Of a stretch of 64,000 bases of DNA, positions 1 through 12,527 are shown piece by piece. The notes beneath the pieces are model-generated. The model had not been told where the DNA came from. It worked only from the letters and a program-made list of their open reading frames with translations, and did not search any database. A program made the position numbers and the translations under genes. Position 1 is the first letter of the stretch; the number at the start of each line of letters is the position of its first letter. Origin of the DNA: Guillardia theta CCMP2712 (lineage: Eukaryota > Protista > Cryptophyta); contig NW_005434669.1 of NCBI RefSeq assembly GCF_000315625.1, positions 1,087,245-1,151,244 on the forward strand. The letters run 5' to 3'.

Positions 1-900
1 GTCGGCCGCCAGGCGCCACTGCGAGCCGCTGAACGGCGAACTTGGGTGAGCCTCAGGCAGGGACTCGGGCCTTGTGCTGACCGTAAGATCCTGGCCCGGC
101 CGCGGCGTTTGCGTTTGCAAGTCTTGACAGTAAAGTAGTTCTTGACAGTGAAGGTGCCTCGTATCATCATCCGAGTCGGAGCCCCCAAAGTTCACCCCGG
201 GCCCGGTGGCACCGTCCGTCCAATCACCGGTGACCGTGCAAGGTCAGTGAACGGTACTGTCACATTAAGTTACGCCCCCGTCCGTAGTCCGGCCGCTTTA
301 ACTAATGACTCCCGTGAACTTGAAACTCAGGCTTCAAGTTTAACGGTGAAACCAAGTACGGTAAGAGGACAATCATGGCATCACTGGTGTTTGACCGTTG
401 ATCACTCACTGGTGTTTGACGTCTTGTTTCGGCGGAGTGGGCAGTGGCATGCCATTCAAGTTCACTGATTCCAACAGTACGGCCCTAGTCTGAGTAGTAA
501 CGGCGGCTTAGCTGAGGCAGCGGCGGCGGCGGCGAGGCCGAGTCCCGGACTCTGACGAGTCTCCGAGTCCGACAGAGGGCCAGTGACCTCCGACCGCTTC
601 AACAGGTCGCTTGAGCCCGATTCAGTGATCGAGGTCCAAAAGGCATGCCATGATGATCTCCTTCAAGTGAGTCACGAGGAGGGCCTTAGTGACCGGGCAC
701 TGTCGCACCATGACGGTGGTCCGCCGTCACGGGTACGGTCATCAAGCGCGCCGGCAGCGCTCAACGTTTTGTTTGAACTCAACTCGATTAAGCCAAGCCT
801 TGAAGTTTTGGGGCCCAGCACTCAGCAGGATGATGTTATGACGGTGCTGCCAAACTTTCGGCCCCAGCTTGCTGCAGGCTACCAGAGCAACTTCATTGAA
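1..900. promoter_or_regulatory. GC/CpG-rich intergenic island (shared-word type)
   Basis: CCGGGCCCGG, CGGCCG, TGAGTCAC (668), TTCAAGT/AACTTGA words; lies 3' of the 1148 gene. Regulatory role is inferred. Confidence 0.5.
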
Positions 901-1147
901 TTGTGATCACCCGACGAATCATTTCATTTCTTTATTGACTGAAAAGGAAAGGCAAACCGGAGCAAACAAAAGAGTTTCACGATTCAACTCCCTCATGAAG
1001 TTCCTATTCAGTTAAATATTACTAGGCTCAGAATTTCCAAATGGTCGAGTCCTTTTACACTACCTTGAATTTGAATATTGAAAACGCCCAGCATACTCCT
1101 TGACTGACTCAATGTCCATGTTTCGACCAGCACTCGCAACCAGCAGG

Positions 1148-2494
1148 TCATGACAGAACGATCATGGTATGCAGGTTCAACTTCCAGAAGTTCTGCAATT
1201 GCAATGAGATCTCCCGCCCATGAAAAGCAGGAGTGATGCAGGGCATGGCGCAATGCAAAGTGAAAACCATGTCTGCTGAGACTGTCGAGAGCTGGGCGAC
1301 ATCCTGCAGGTAGTCGGATTGCATCTTGGCTCTGAAGCAAGAAAGCTTTAGCTCATGCTTTGACAGACATGCTTCGATCCAACACTCGGCCTCTCTCAGC
1401 TCGAGCGGAGTTAGCTCAATCCTTAGCTCCTCGTTGAGCGTATGAAGCAGGGTCTCGCTCTTGAGGTAACGACCTTTGTGCTGCATCGTCAAGCGGCCCG
1501 ACTCTTCCGATTGGTTCTCTCGCATCCGAAGGATTTCGCGCATGACCTGATTCTCCACATGCACAGTGCTGATTTTCTTCGCACATGTGTACAGGCTGGA
1601 GGCACCAGAGCGTACAACATCGTACCTTGAGCAACCTCCCTCAGTCTTGATGACGCTTCTGTTCACAGCCTGCAATTTTGAGCTGCTGCTCTCTGTTTCT
1701 TCAGCCTCCCTCATCCTGACAGTGCTTGTAGCCATTGCGTGCGAAGGCGATGGAGCGCGTGGAGAAAACATGATTTCTAGTCGAAAGAAGCTGCCACACG
1801 ATGCTTGCAACTCGACGCACTGCCGAACACAAGCTACTCCACATGATGCCATGCAAGCTGAGATAGCTCTGATAGCAGCGGCTTGGACGGACCAGTCTAA
1901 CTCTTCCGTGCGTATCGATCTAATGAGTTGTCTCGCTGAAAATTGGCATGTACCAATCTTTGACGTAATGCTCCACCTTCCTATCTTTTGATTGACGGTG
2001 CGCTTACAGCTGAATGTCATCGCACGCATCATTTCATTAGGGACGTATTGTTCCACGATTGTAGCGTCAGTCTCTTCGTCAAAACTCAACTCCCTTGCGA
2101 AGTCATCGTGTTCAAAAAGTTTTTCGAGAAGATCACGATGCCGTTTAAACATGTCGTGCCTCCGATTGATAAAACTGGCAAGCGATGGAATGGAGGCTAT
2201 TCTCAACTGTGGAAACTTCAGCGGAAGGTTCACAATGTCGGATCCCACTATTTTTTCTCCATCCCCACATGTCTGGATAAGCATATATTTGACCATCGTG
2301 TTACACTCCAAGGGGTCCAAGTCAACTTGATCGTCATTGACAGTGTCATGGCATGCCTCGTTAATGATCGATGTAATCATTTTCTGCTCAAACTTGCGCA
2401 ATTTTTGAGCAGAAGCAGAGTCCTCTGTAAAGATTCGATCCTTCATCGCTAGCACAGGCGAGATTACAAACGTCTGGGAGGTCATAGTGGGCAA
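1148..2494 (-). CDS. Intronless ~445-aa hypothetical protein, no recognisable domain
   Basis: 448-codon stop-free ORF with normal amino-acid complexity; ORF opens at TTG 2494, first ATG near 2485. Confidence 0.6.
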   Translation of the reverse strand: MPTMTSQTFVISPVLAMKDRIFTEDSASAQKLRKFEQKMITSIINEACHDTVNDDQVDLDPLECNTMVKYMLIQTCGDGEKIVGSDIVNLPLKFPQLRIASIPSLASFINRRHDMFKRHRDLLEKLFEHDDFARELSFDEETDATIVEQYVPNEMMRAMTFSCKRTVNQKIGRWSITSKIGTCQFSARQLIRSIRTEELDWSVQAAAIRAISACMASCGVACVRQCVELQASCGSFFRLEIMFSPRAPSPSHAMATSTVRMREAEETESSSSKLQAVNRSVIKTEGGCSRYDVVRSGASSLYTCAKKISTVHVENQVMREILRMRENQSEESGRLTMQHKGRYLKSETLLHTLNEELRIELTPLELREAECWIEACLSKHELKLSCFRAKMQSDYLQDVAQLSTVSADMVFTLHCAMPCITPAFHGREISLQLQNFWKLNLHTMIVLS

Positions 2495-3733
2495 GAAATT
2501 TCAACTTGTTCCTGCTCTTGCCCTTGCTCTTGCTGTTGTTGTATTATTATCCCTTTGCTGGGAACCCACAAATTTGTTCGAACTTTTTTCGAGGCAGGCA
2601 CGAATTTTACCGGGCCCGGTCTGTAACCCCGGGCCCGGGGGTACCGGATGACTTTCTCAGTGAGTGTGTGATGAAACTGAGCCAGCCTCAGAGACAGGTG
2701 GGGCCGGCTGCGGCAGTAGTAAAATAACTTTGAAGTTGTCCGACCCCCAAACGACGCCATTTTACTGCCCCCGCTGGTAACTTTTGGCATTTGCGATTGG
2801 GTCGTAGGGAGTATTTGAAATTTGATAGCAACAGAACAACCATGTGAAATATGTTTACCGATCACGAAAACAGAACGACCACACTGTGTGATATGACCCC
2901 ACATGTGAGCGATTGTCTAACAGGGTACCCCTGTCATTTGTCAACTTGTTCTCTTTGACTGGAGGCACCCACCATAGTATGGATATTCATATAGTTCAGT
3001 ACTATGCTCATTGTGCACTCTCATCATACAGCTCCTGAAATCCAACCACCCTTGACACAAGTACCCTACACTAAAATATTACCGCCTTCCATTTCTGTGT
3101 TCCAAACCACCCTACCCCCTTTTTTAGCACCTGGATGCTCGATCAACCGATTAGCAGGCATGCGAGGAAAGATCAGGATGAGCAGGATGAAGGCCATAAT
3201 GGTAGTTAAGCATCTTGTGGAGATGTAATGCTCCCATGGTTGATATTGGTGATGATTATGACAATGGCAATCATTGAAATGATAGACAACATGGAGTTTC
3301 GAGGATGTGTCCTCGTCGTGAGAATCAGACAAGGTTGACTACTGGAGCGGGGCAATGTGTAGTGATATGTTGATGTTGGCAAGGGATCACGGATATGCTG
3401 ATTAGAATCTACAGCATGTACTACTTTTCAACCTTGGAACCACATGCGCCCTCAGAACACTTCTGACGTAGAAGTAGCAATGACTAGAGTTTTCTTAATG
3501 GTTCAGGCTCCAGGGTCGCAGTTCTAATGTTGGGCTGTTGCTCTTGCTGAAGACAGCATTGGACTTCCTAGATAGGAAATGCCTCAAACAAGTCAGACAA
3601 GCAAGTTGCATGCTGTGAAATCACATTCTTTCAATTTAGCAGCCATGTTGTGTCCTGTGTCCTTGTAACTGACATCTTTTGAAGCCAACTTCACGAGGGC
3701 ATGGTCGACATTTGAGCCTGAGTTGCGCTCAAC

Positions 3734-5325
3734 ATGGACGTAGGACAATCGATGCGCACATCAGTGCTGCAAGGATTTGATCAGTCGAAGCTACACCCCC
3801 CTCTCCGATATGGAGATAGAATCGCACTCGTTCCCAATGGGCTCAATGGGATAGCCTGCTATGACAGGTGAGAACTTCGGAAGGCCAAGAGTGAAACTCT
3901 TGTGGGTTCGTTCTGACTGTGTTGGTGTCAGGTCTCTCAGCAATGAGCCTTCAGTGGAGCTCTTGGAACCAGATGAAGCCATGCCGCAAAACGTGGAGCT
4001 CTGCCATTGGAAGATGATCCCAAAGCTGCAGTACGAGGCAGCAAAAGCTCTGAAGAAGCTGTTGAAGAAGGGAACGTGGGACGGCGGTCAAGGACTTGAT
4101 CTACCCTCTGCTCCAAAAGCCAGTCATCATATCGATGCAGATGTCAAGGAGTTTGCGGCGGCCCACAACATCCAGAACCAAACGGATTTGAAGGAAGTTT
4201 TCAGGCTGTTGATGGATGTGGAGGAAGAAAGGAATGCTAACGAGGCTGAAGAGCGACGGCAGCGAGGGAACATCATCAAGTATGGAGATACAGTCCAGTT
4301 TGTTCATTCCTCTTCAGGTCTTACACTCACCATCACCAAGAAGCAAGGAGTGGACAAGGGATGCAAAGCACTGGAAATGCTCAAAGAAGGGGTTGAGAAT
4401 TCAATCTTTGTTGTTCTCCCAGCCTACAAGACGTTCGGACAAGGAGAACCTGTGACATCTGGTGATCTCATTTGCTTCTACTCAGAGAAGAAGGTCGTAG
4501 GGAACATCTGCTGTCTCCATGTCTCTTCGAGGCCTCAAAACGTTACAAGCAATTTTTTGATGGATGCTCCTGTTCATGAGTTGGATGCTTCTATCTTGGA
4601 CACGAATGCTACATCTTGGAGAGCTTTGTTGTTCCAATCCTCTTCAATCGCTCATGAGGTAGAGAGTTTGATCAAGGCGGAAGACGTTGTTTGTATCTAT
4701 CACAAAGATGGTGAATCGTACCTCAACTACGACCCCATGCTTCTTGAAGCTCCTTTCTTTCATCTCAGGCAAAAGGTGAAGCCGGCTGATCGCAAAAAGG
4801 CAGGATGGCTGTGGAAGATTGAGGGAGAGTGTATCTACCTTGGAGGACAGAATATTGAGTGTGACGAAAGAAAGAGGTATCGTCTGAAGCATCTCATTAC
4901 TGGACACTATCTCAAGTCACAAGATGGGTCTCTGACCACTGTAAAATCTTGCTCGGAAGGAACTTTGTTTTCCTTCAGGCACTTTGCAAAAGATGTTTCT
5001 TCCAAGAATGTATACAGCCACTCTCTCATCATGATTCATGGCCACGGATGGCTCTCAATGTCATACAGCGACACCAATGTAGCTGAGAGAGCAGGGAAAA
5101 AGATTCTTGGGCACAAGGCGATATCAAGAGAGTTCGATGCGATGCAGAGTGAAAGAGATGCATTTGTGCTGATGCCTGTCTCGAAGAAGTATGAGAACAC
5201 CGTCAAAGAGGTGAAGCATGATATGTTCCGTGAGATTCGATTCAATTTCATCTTTGTGCCGGAGTTTTGTACTGTAACTGTTCTTGCAATTGCTCTCGCC
5301 AATGTTGTTGCTTCTTCTGTTATTG

Positions 5326-5384
<59 letters not shown>

Positions 5385-8300
5385 ATAGGTTTCGTCGATA
5401 ACGATGATGATGATGACAATGATGATGATCAATCACTGATGTTAACCTGCTTCAGCTCAAAAGTGAAGTCTATACACTGATTGCCTTCCGCAATCTCCTC
5501 AACAACTGCTCGGACATCTCAAACAAGGATATGAACATGTCTGACTGCCCTTATTACCTGGAAGGCGTGCTGACATGTGTGTGTGCAGACTAAAAACTTC
5601 ACAAGACGACATCCCTGTCGATATCAGGGCAATCATCAACCTGTTTCGAGATCACAGCTCGACGCTTGTGTCTGCCATCAGCAACCTTATCATTCACTGC
5701 TCTGCCGACACTGACCCCAACCCTATGACAAGAGAAGGCAGGCCAAAGACGCTGATCCAGAAGTTGTTGAGGGAGATGGACGCGCACACTATCTGTCTCG
5801 ACATCCTAGAGATCCCTTTCAGCAAAGGCTTTCAATTCAGCTGGCTCAATGTCAACGACTTGACAGACGGGATGGCGCACGTGTTGCGACTTTGTCACAG
5901 GTTCATCATGAACTTCGTGAAAGAGAACGAGCCCAACGCCCAACTAGTTTACCATCGGATCGAGCTGCTGAAGGGCCAGCTGGGGAAAGGCGTGTCAGCA
6001 ACCGTTGCGATCAAGGAGATTTTCTTCGAGAAGAGGAGGATTCTGAATCTGATCCGCAAGGATGATGTGAAGATCTTCATGGAGATGCTAGAGAAAGATC
6101 GCGATCCTCGCCACATCGACTTCCTCGTCTCTATCTGCACGTGCGGGAAGAACCCGATCCCTTCGAATCAATCTTTGGTGTGCGAACAACTCTACAAGGA
6201 GCACTTTGCTCTGATCCCAAAGTACAAGTGGCACATTGACGGAGGTGGAAAGAAGATGCACTTTGTACTGCCTTCGACCGGGCATGAGGAGTGGATTGAT
6301 ATGTCTTCTTACATGCAGAGCTCGGAAAGGTCGGCGAAGGGGTATGATTATGCCTCTTCTATCATGTTCAATCAGTACAATCTGTTAACAGAAAAGGAGA
6401 AATGCTTCCGCTACTTTCTCCGGTGCACGTCGCTGCTCAACAATCTAGTCGTTGGAAGGAACCATGAAGCGATCTCGATGGCGTTGAAGAACCAAGACTA
6501 CTCCCTTACCTTTGAAGACATCTTTGACGTGATGTCCTCCCCTTACGTCCCGTCCATCATCCGCGCCAGGTTTACCAACCTCATGCTGAAGTTCCACGTT
6601 GACATCGACCCTCAAACTTCGAAACCTCAAATCTCATACACGCGCACCTGGAGCAAGGCATCGCAATCAGCGGCCGTGCTGCTCAAACAGTCGTCGACGT
6701 TGACAGGAGCCAAGAGGTGGCAGGAGAACGAAGAGACTTCACAAAAATTCCGCAAGCTGACGGACTTCCTGATTGACGCCTTGTCGACGTGGGAGGGTGA
6801 GAAGACAGCGAGAGGGTCGTCTTGGAGTTTGGATGATGCGACGTACGGGGAGGTCGACCTGATCCTCTCTTGGATCGAGCTGAGCGACTGGTTGATCGAC
6901 TTCGGGTACATCGTTGAGAATCGTGACGCCCTGGATGCGGATTTCAAGCTCGTCATGAAGTTGTTTGAAGGGCTTTTCCGTGTAATCAAGGTCAAGAACT
7001 TGCAGAACAGGATGAGGGATGACAGGGTAGAGATGATGAAAATGAAGATAAGGTCCGAAACTTTCAAGCTGCTCAGCAGGATCTGCAACCTTCGGGCAAA
7101 CTACCGCATCACTTGCGCTCTTAAGTGCTGGGAGGACATCTTTGACAAGATGGACGGGCAAAATGTAAATTTTCAGAAGTCGCACTTTTCCTGGACCGGA
7201 TCGAACCTTTCCATGTCCTTCTCCTCGAACTCTGACTCAAGATTGAACCTTATCAACAACCTGCTCGAACAATTCCGACCTTACGATGACAGCCTCAAGG
7301 ACATGCTGGAGATGATCTTCGACAAGAACATCGTCAGCCCTGAGAGCATCTCCAGTGACTTGTACAAAAAGGGCGGATACAAAGACGACGCAACTATCTC
7401 TTCCGTCCTTTCCTTCATCAGGCTGGGAGATGTTCAACTTACCGAGCAAGCTGTTGTGTTCCTCATAACTCATCTGTTCCAGCGGAACAAGTTTGTGGAG
7501 GATCTCAAGTTCCTTCAAGTCCTGGTCTACCCTGAGGCCGTCAAGCTGTACAACGAGATCAAGCACGTCATCGAGCGACTGACGGCTCTCAAAAAGACAC
7601 TGGACGCTGACGAGGAGGATGCGTACGAAGAGGCGAACTCGCTGCTGCAGAAGATGATTGAGAACATCACCATTTCCAAGTCCAAGAATATCCCCAAGGA
7701 GATCGTTGCAAAGAATCAGAGGATCATGCTGAACTGGGAGCTCGACGAGCCAGTCATCGATCTGCTGAGGCTGAACATCACTACCACCTCTGATGGCGAG
7801 GATGAGGCGGTGAAGCTCAAGTCAATCGAGAGGAGGAAGAAACTTTTCCAGCGCTGCTACAACTTCCTTAAGGCCCTCGTCGCTGACCACCCCAGGGCGC
7901 AGCAGAAGCTCTTCCCGTCCATGGGAGTTTTCCTTGACCATGTTGGAGTGGAGAACTTGAATGTGTCCGACACGCTGAGGGAGATTGTGAGGAACAACCC
8001 GAGGTTGTGCTCGCAAGTGCCCGAGCACTTCTTCCGTCACTTCCTCAATGCAATCAAGAAGCACGGGAGGAACGCGAGGTGGTTGAGATTCTTTGACGTA
8101 TTCCTTGTCATCAACAACTCTCCGCTCAAGAGGAGCCAGGACCTCATCCTCCGTCTCATCATGGAGGACAAGGACGATCTGATCGACCTGACCTGCGACT
8201 ACCGAGGGTCCCGCTGGCTCTCGCCCACGGACTCGAGGTATGGGAAAAACAGGTTAACTCTTATGATAGAAGGAGAGCACAGAAGGGAGCTGGGTAGTCT

Positions 8301-11300
8301 GTTGAAGTACCACGTTGCCTGTCTTGAGATCCTAGCGCTGTGTGCGACAGGGAAGAACGTGGCGAACAAGGTTCGGATAATCCATGAGGTCTCCTTTGAG
8401 ACCATCCTGTCCAACCTCCTCGACCTGAACAAGCGGGAGGACGGGAAGCGAGAGATGGTGGAGGTTGACACGCTGCACTTCGTCAAGAATGGATGGATGC
8501 ATCTCATTAACGAGACGTACCTTACCTCGTACGACATCTTCGCCATCAAGCAGATTCAGAGCTCCACCAGGATCTGGCCGTCAGAGTATTATCGCACAAC
8601 GCAGAAGTTTGGTGGGCTGCAGAAGGTGGGTCAGGAGACCAATGAGAACAGTCTTTTGGAGGAATTTCTGCGCACTGTTGAGTTCCTCATAACAAGGCTC
8701 AAGTCGACAACGGACACCGAAGACATCACGGCTGTGAAGGAAGACGCACACGGCTCTGACATCTCTTCGCACATCAATTATGTTGCCAGCATCATCTCTG
8801 TGCTGAAGGAGCTGTTCAAGAGAGCTGACATCTGCGACAGAGAAGTGTTGAAGCATGCTGTTTGCAAGACGATCCACGAGAAGTTGAGGTCGTCCTTCAA
8901 TCAGCTGAACAAGCTGTACATCAAGACCAACAAGCTCGAAGAGTCGAGGAATGTCGTGGAACTCTTGACCCTCCTAAATGAACGCGGCATCCTCGGAGAG
9001 GAGTTTGACCTGCCCCCTGAAGAGGAGGAGGAGGACACGAAGCCCAAGAGCAAAGAGATGAAGTTTCAGGAAGGGTGGGGCAACTACTGCGAGGTGCTCG
9101 CGAACATGCTGCAACTTGACAGCAGGACGGAACTGCTGCAGGCTGATGCGATTAAGGACTTTGCGAGGGCAATAGTGCACGACATCACTTGCAAGGGAGG
9201 AAACTACAAGGTCGTGCAGGAATTTTGCCGGATTCTTACGTCCAAGACGTGCGAGCCTTCAGTTCAGACCATCGGCCTCAAAGTCCTTCGCGCTATCATC
9301 TACATGAACCCGGCGGCGCAGGACGAGGATCAGCAGGAGAAGAGCTTCAACGACATGCTTCTCAACCTCGACCCCGACGACAAGATGCTAGAGGACGAGA
9401 GCTACTTGGAGCTGCAGGCCAGGGTCGCCAAGGCCGGGGGGATCAACGTGATCATGCACTTCCTTGCCTTCTCCACCGACACCTCCATCCTCCACTCGTG
9501 TTTGTGCTTCGCCAACGCGCTGCTGCATGGAGGCAACCGGGAGGTCCAGGACACGTTCGCGAAGCCCTTGACCTCCTCCTCCAGCCAGCACCTGTTCGGT
9601 CAGATCTTCAAGATCTTTCAGGATGCTGTAGACGGGATCAAGGAGGTAAGGAAGAAGGCGAAGCAGGAGGATGCAGAGCGAGCACTGTCAAAGAAGCGAC
9701 TGAGGTCTAAGGCAAAGAGCGCACTAGCTGATGCGTTCGGAGAATCTCAGCTCCTCATCACGGAGGTGAAGACATGACCCCTTCCTACCTGTCGTTACTA
9801 TACCCCTTCCCTCTTCTTTCTCCCTTCCTCTGAGTGTGTTTGTTTTTGCTTCTACATTCGGTCAGTGAGCTGATCGTTTTTTCTCTTCCAGGTGATGAAG
9901 ATGATGAGAAGATTGTGTATGGGGCAGAACCAGGAGCTGCAAGACATTTTCAGGGTACAGAGTCTCAACAAAACTTCGGTCAACTTTCTTGAAGAAGTTG
10001 TCAAATATCAGATCGTTCTCGAGCCGGTGGTTTCCTACTCCGGCCTTACAAACTCTCTCTTCGCTCCTTTTGCTTCTTCTCCCTTTCTTTCCATCCTTCT
10101 CCGCTCCTTCTCCACTCCACTCCTCCCCCACACCCCCTTTACTTCTTCTCCTCTTCCTTCCTCTCCTCCTCTTTCTCCTCCCTCTCGTCTTCCACCAAAC
10201 TTTGTCAACGTCCTTACCAAGGCTGCAGGAGCTCAAGGAAGCGATTCAGAAGGGAGATTTTGTCCTCGCAGAAGCAGCGATCCGCGGCTTCCTTATGCTC
10301 GCCGACGCCATGCACGGCCCCAACTACCACAACCAGGAGGCGATCGCAACCGCCGACTTCTTCGACCTCTGCGACCGGATCTTCCACAAGATCCGCTTCG
10401 AGGAGAAAGAGATGAGCGCTCCCCTGCTCAAGAGACGAAGTTCTACTATGAGCCGTGTGTTCCCCGACGAGGCGACGGAGGCGGACAAGAATCAGATCCG
10501 GTCGCGGCTCAAGGTGTCGGTGATCTCCTGCATCTACGCGCTGCTGGAGGGAGTGCAGGGGGAAGTGATACCTCAAAGGATGCTGACAACCGTCTCGTGG
10601 ACGGCCATGGTGACTCAAATGAACTTCTGCTACGACCTGAGGGAGAAGAAGATCGGGGTGGAGGAGGAAGACATTGTGCGGGAGGGTCTCATCTACTACT
10701 TCGTGCTCAAGTTCGTGAGGGAGTACGACAGGACAGGGACCATACAGGATGCGCTCGTAACGGCTCCTGCTGCCGCCAGGTTCTTCGAGCAGAGGACGGG
10801 ATACGTGGAGATACAGCGGGCAGGGCGATTGGAGAGGATCTTCTTCCAGCTGCCTGACAAGTGCATCGAGGGAGGGCCGCTGGACGATGACTTCCTTGAG
10901 ATGTACGACACTGAAAGGGAGGATCCGGACAAGAAGAATCAGAACTTCCTCGAGAACGCATGTAAGATCGTTGCGCAGGAGGAGTTTCACTCTAACTTGA
11001 GGAAGACGGCGTTCTCGTTCACGATCAACAAGTGGGACCTGATCTGCAAGCTGACATACTTTTGGGTCCTGATTCTCCATGGTGTGATGGTCCTTGGGAG
11101 TTACGCGCCCAACCACGTCATGTCCGGGTTGACATCGTTCGAGATTTTCCAGAACATCACGAGTGATGTGGATACTGCTACCTACAACGACAGCTACTTC
11201 TACTTCAAAGTCCTCCCGCAGATCAAGGATGTTGCCAAGTACATGTGCATCGTCAACCTGGTGCTCTGTGCCATCCGGCTGCTTTCCTTCATCATCGCTC

Positions 11301-12479
11301 ACGTTCCCATGATTGTGATCGAGCGACAGAACACTGAAGAGGAGCAGGAGGAGGAGCAGGAGATGCAGGAGATGCAGGAGCTCGAGATCTCGAACTCGGG
11401 CGGGGAGAACGAGACCTCGCAGGAGGACGTGGAGGAGGTGGGGGAGGTGGGGGAGGAGGAGAAGGAGACCTCTGGAGATGCGGAGGGGAAGGGTACAAAG
11501 AAGAAAAAGAAGAGGAGGAGGAGGAGGTTCCGACGCAGTGGCGCCGTCAAGTTGGCCTTGATTGTCATGTCTTCCGGATCGTTCATATACGAAGTCTTCT
11601 TCTTCCTCTTCGCCCTGGCAGCCGTCATTTCTGATGCTCCTCTGTTCACCACCTTCACTTTTCTCGAGGTTGTTTCCTCCCTCCCTCCTCCTCTGCACCG
11701 CTCCCCTGTCCTCCTCTCCTCCCTCACCCCGGCGCTGATTCCGAGCACCTTCTAAATCGGTTCAAGGTTGACTTCGGTGGTTACAGGTATTCTTCTTCAA
11801 CTCTTCCAAGACTGTCGTGGATGCGATGAAGTTCAAGGCCTTTGAAATGTTAAACACGTTCGTCATCGGACTTGTCTTCATGTACATCTGGATGGTCATC
11901 GGGATGTTGACCTTCGAAGAAATCCATCAGGACGGCGACGGGAACTACATCTGTGTTAACATGTTTCAGTGCTTCCTAGCCTACATCTTCATCGCCATGC
12001 GCGGAGACGGAGTAAGGGATGTCACCACCAGCCCGACGTTTCCCACCAACATCGTCGACGCCTTCTCTTATCCCAGCTACTTCCTCCTGCGACTGCTATG
12101 GGACTTGCTCTACCAGGCGAGAAAGATGGAAAAGGAGAGGAAGGGAGGGGAGGGTGAAGGAGAGGGTTGAGGGAGGAGGAGGAGGAGGAGGAGGAGGAGC
12201 TAAAAGCGTTTCTGCAGTGGCTGTTCATCTACGTTCTGCTCGCCATAATCACTGGAATTGTCATCGACGCCTTCAGTGGTCTCAGAGACGAGAGAGAAAC
12301 GGCTGAGAATGACCTCAAGTCGACCTGCTTCATCTGCAACCTTGAGAGGTTCAGAATAGACCAGGTTCGTGTCAAACTCCTCTCCTCTCCTGCTCTGTGA
12401 TCCTCCTCCTCCCCTTCCCATTTCCTTCCTCCAACTCCTCCAACTCCTCCTCCTCCTCCTCCTCCTCCTCCTCCTCCTC

Positions 12480-12527
<48 letters not shown>

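Noticed and set aside
10214-11698. 494-aa minus-strand ORF (also 59046-59894 + and similar)
   Set aside because: Antisense shadow of a high-GC3 coding exon; no independent protein features.
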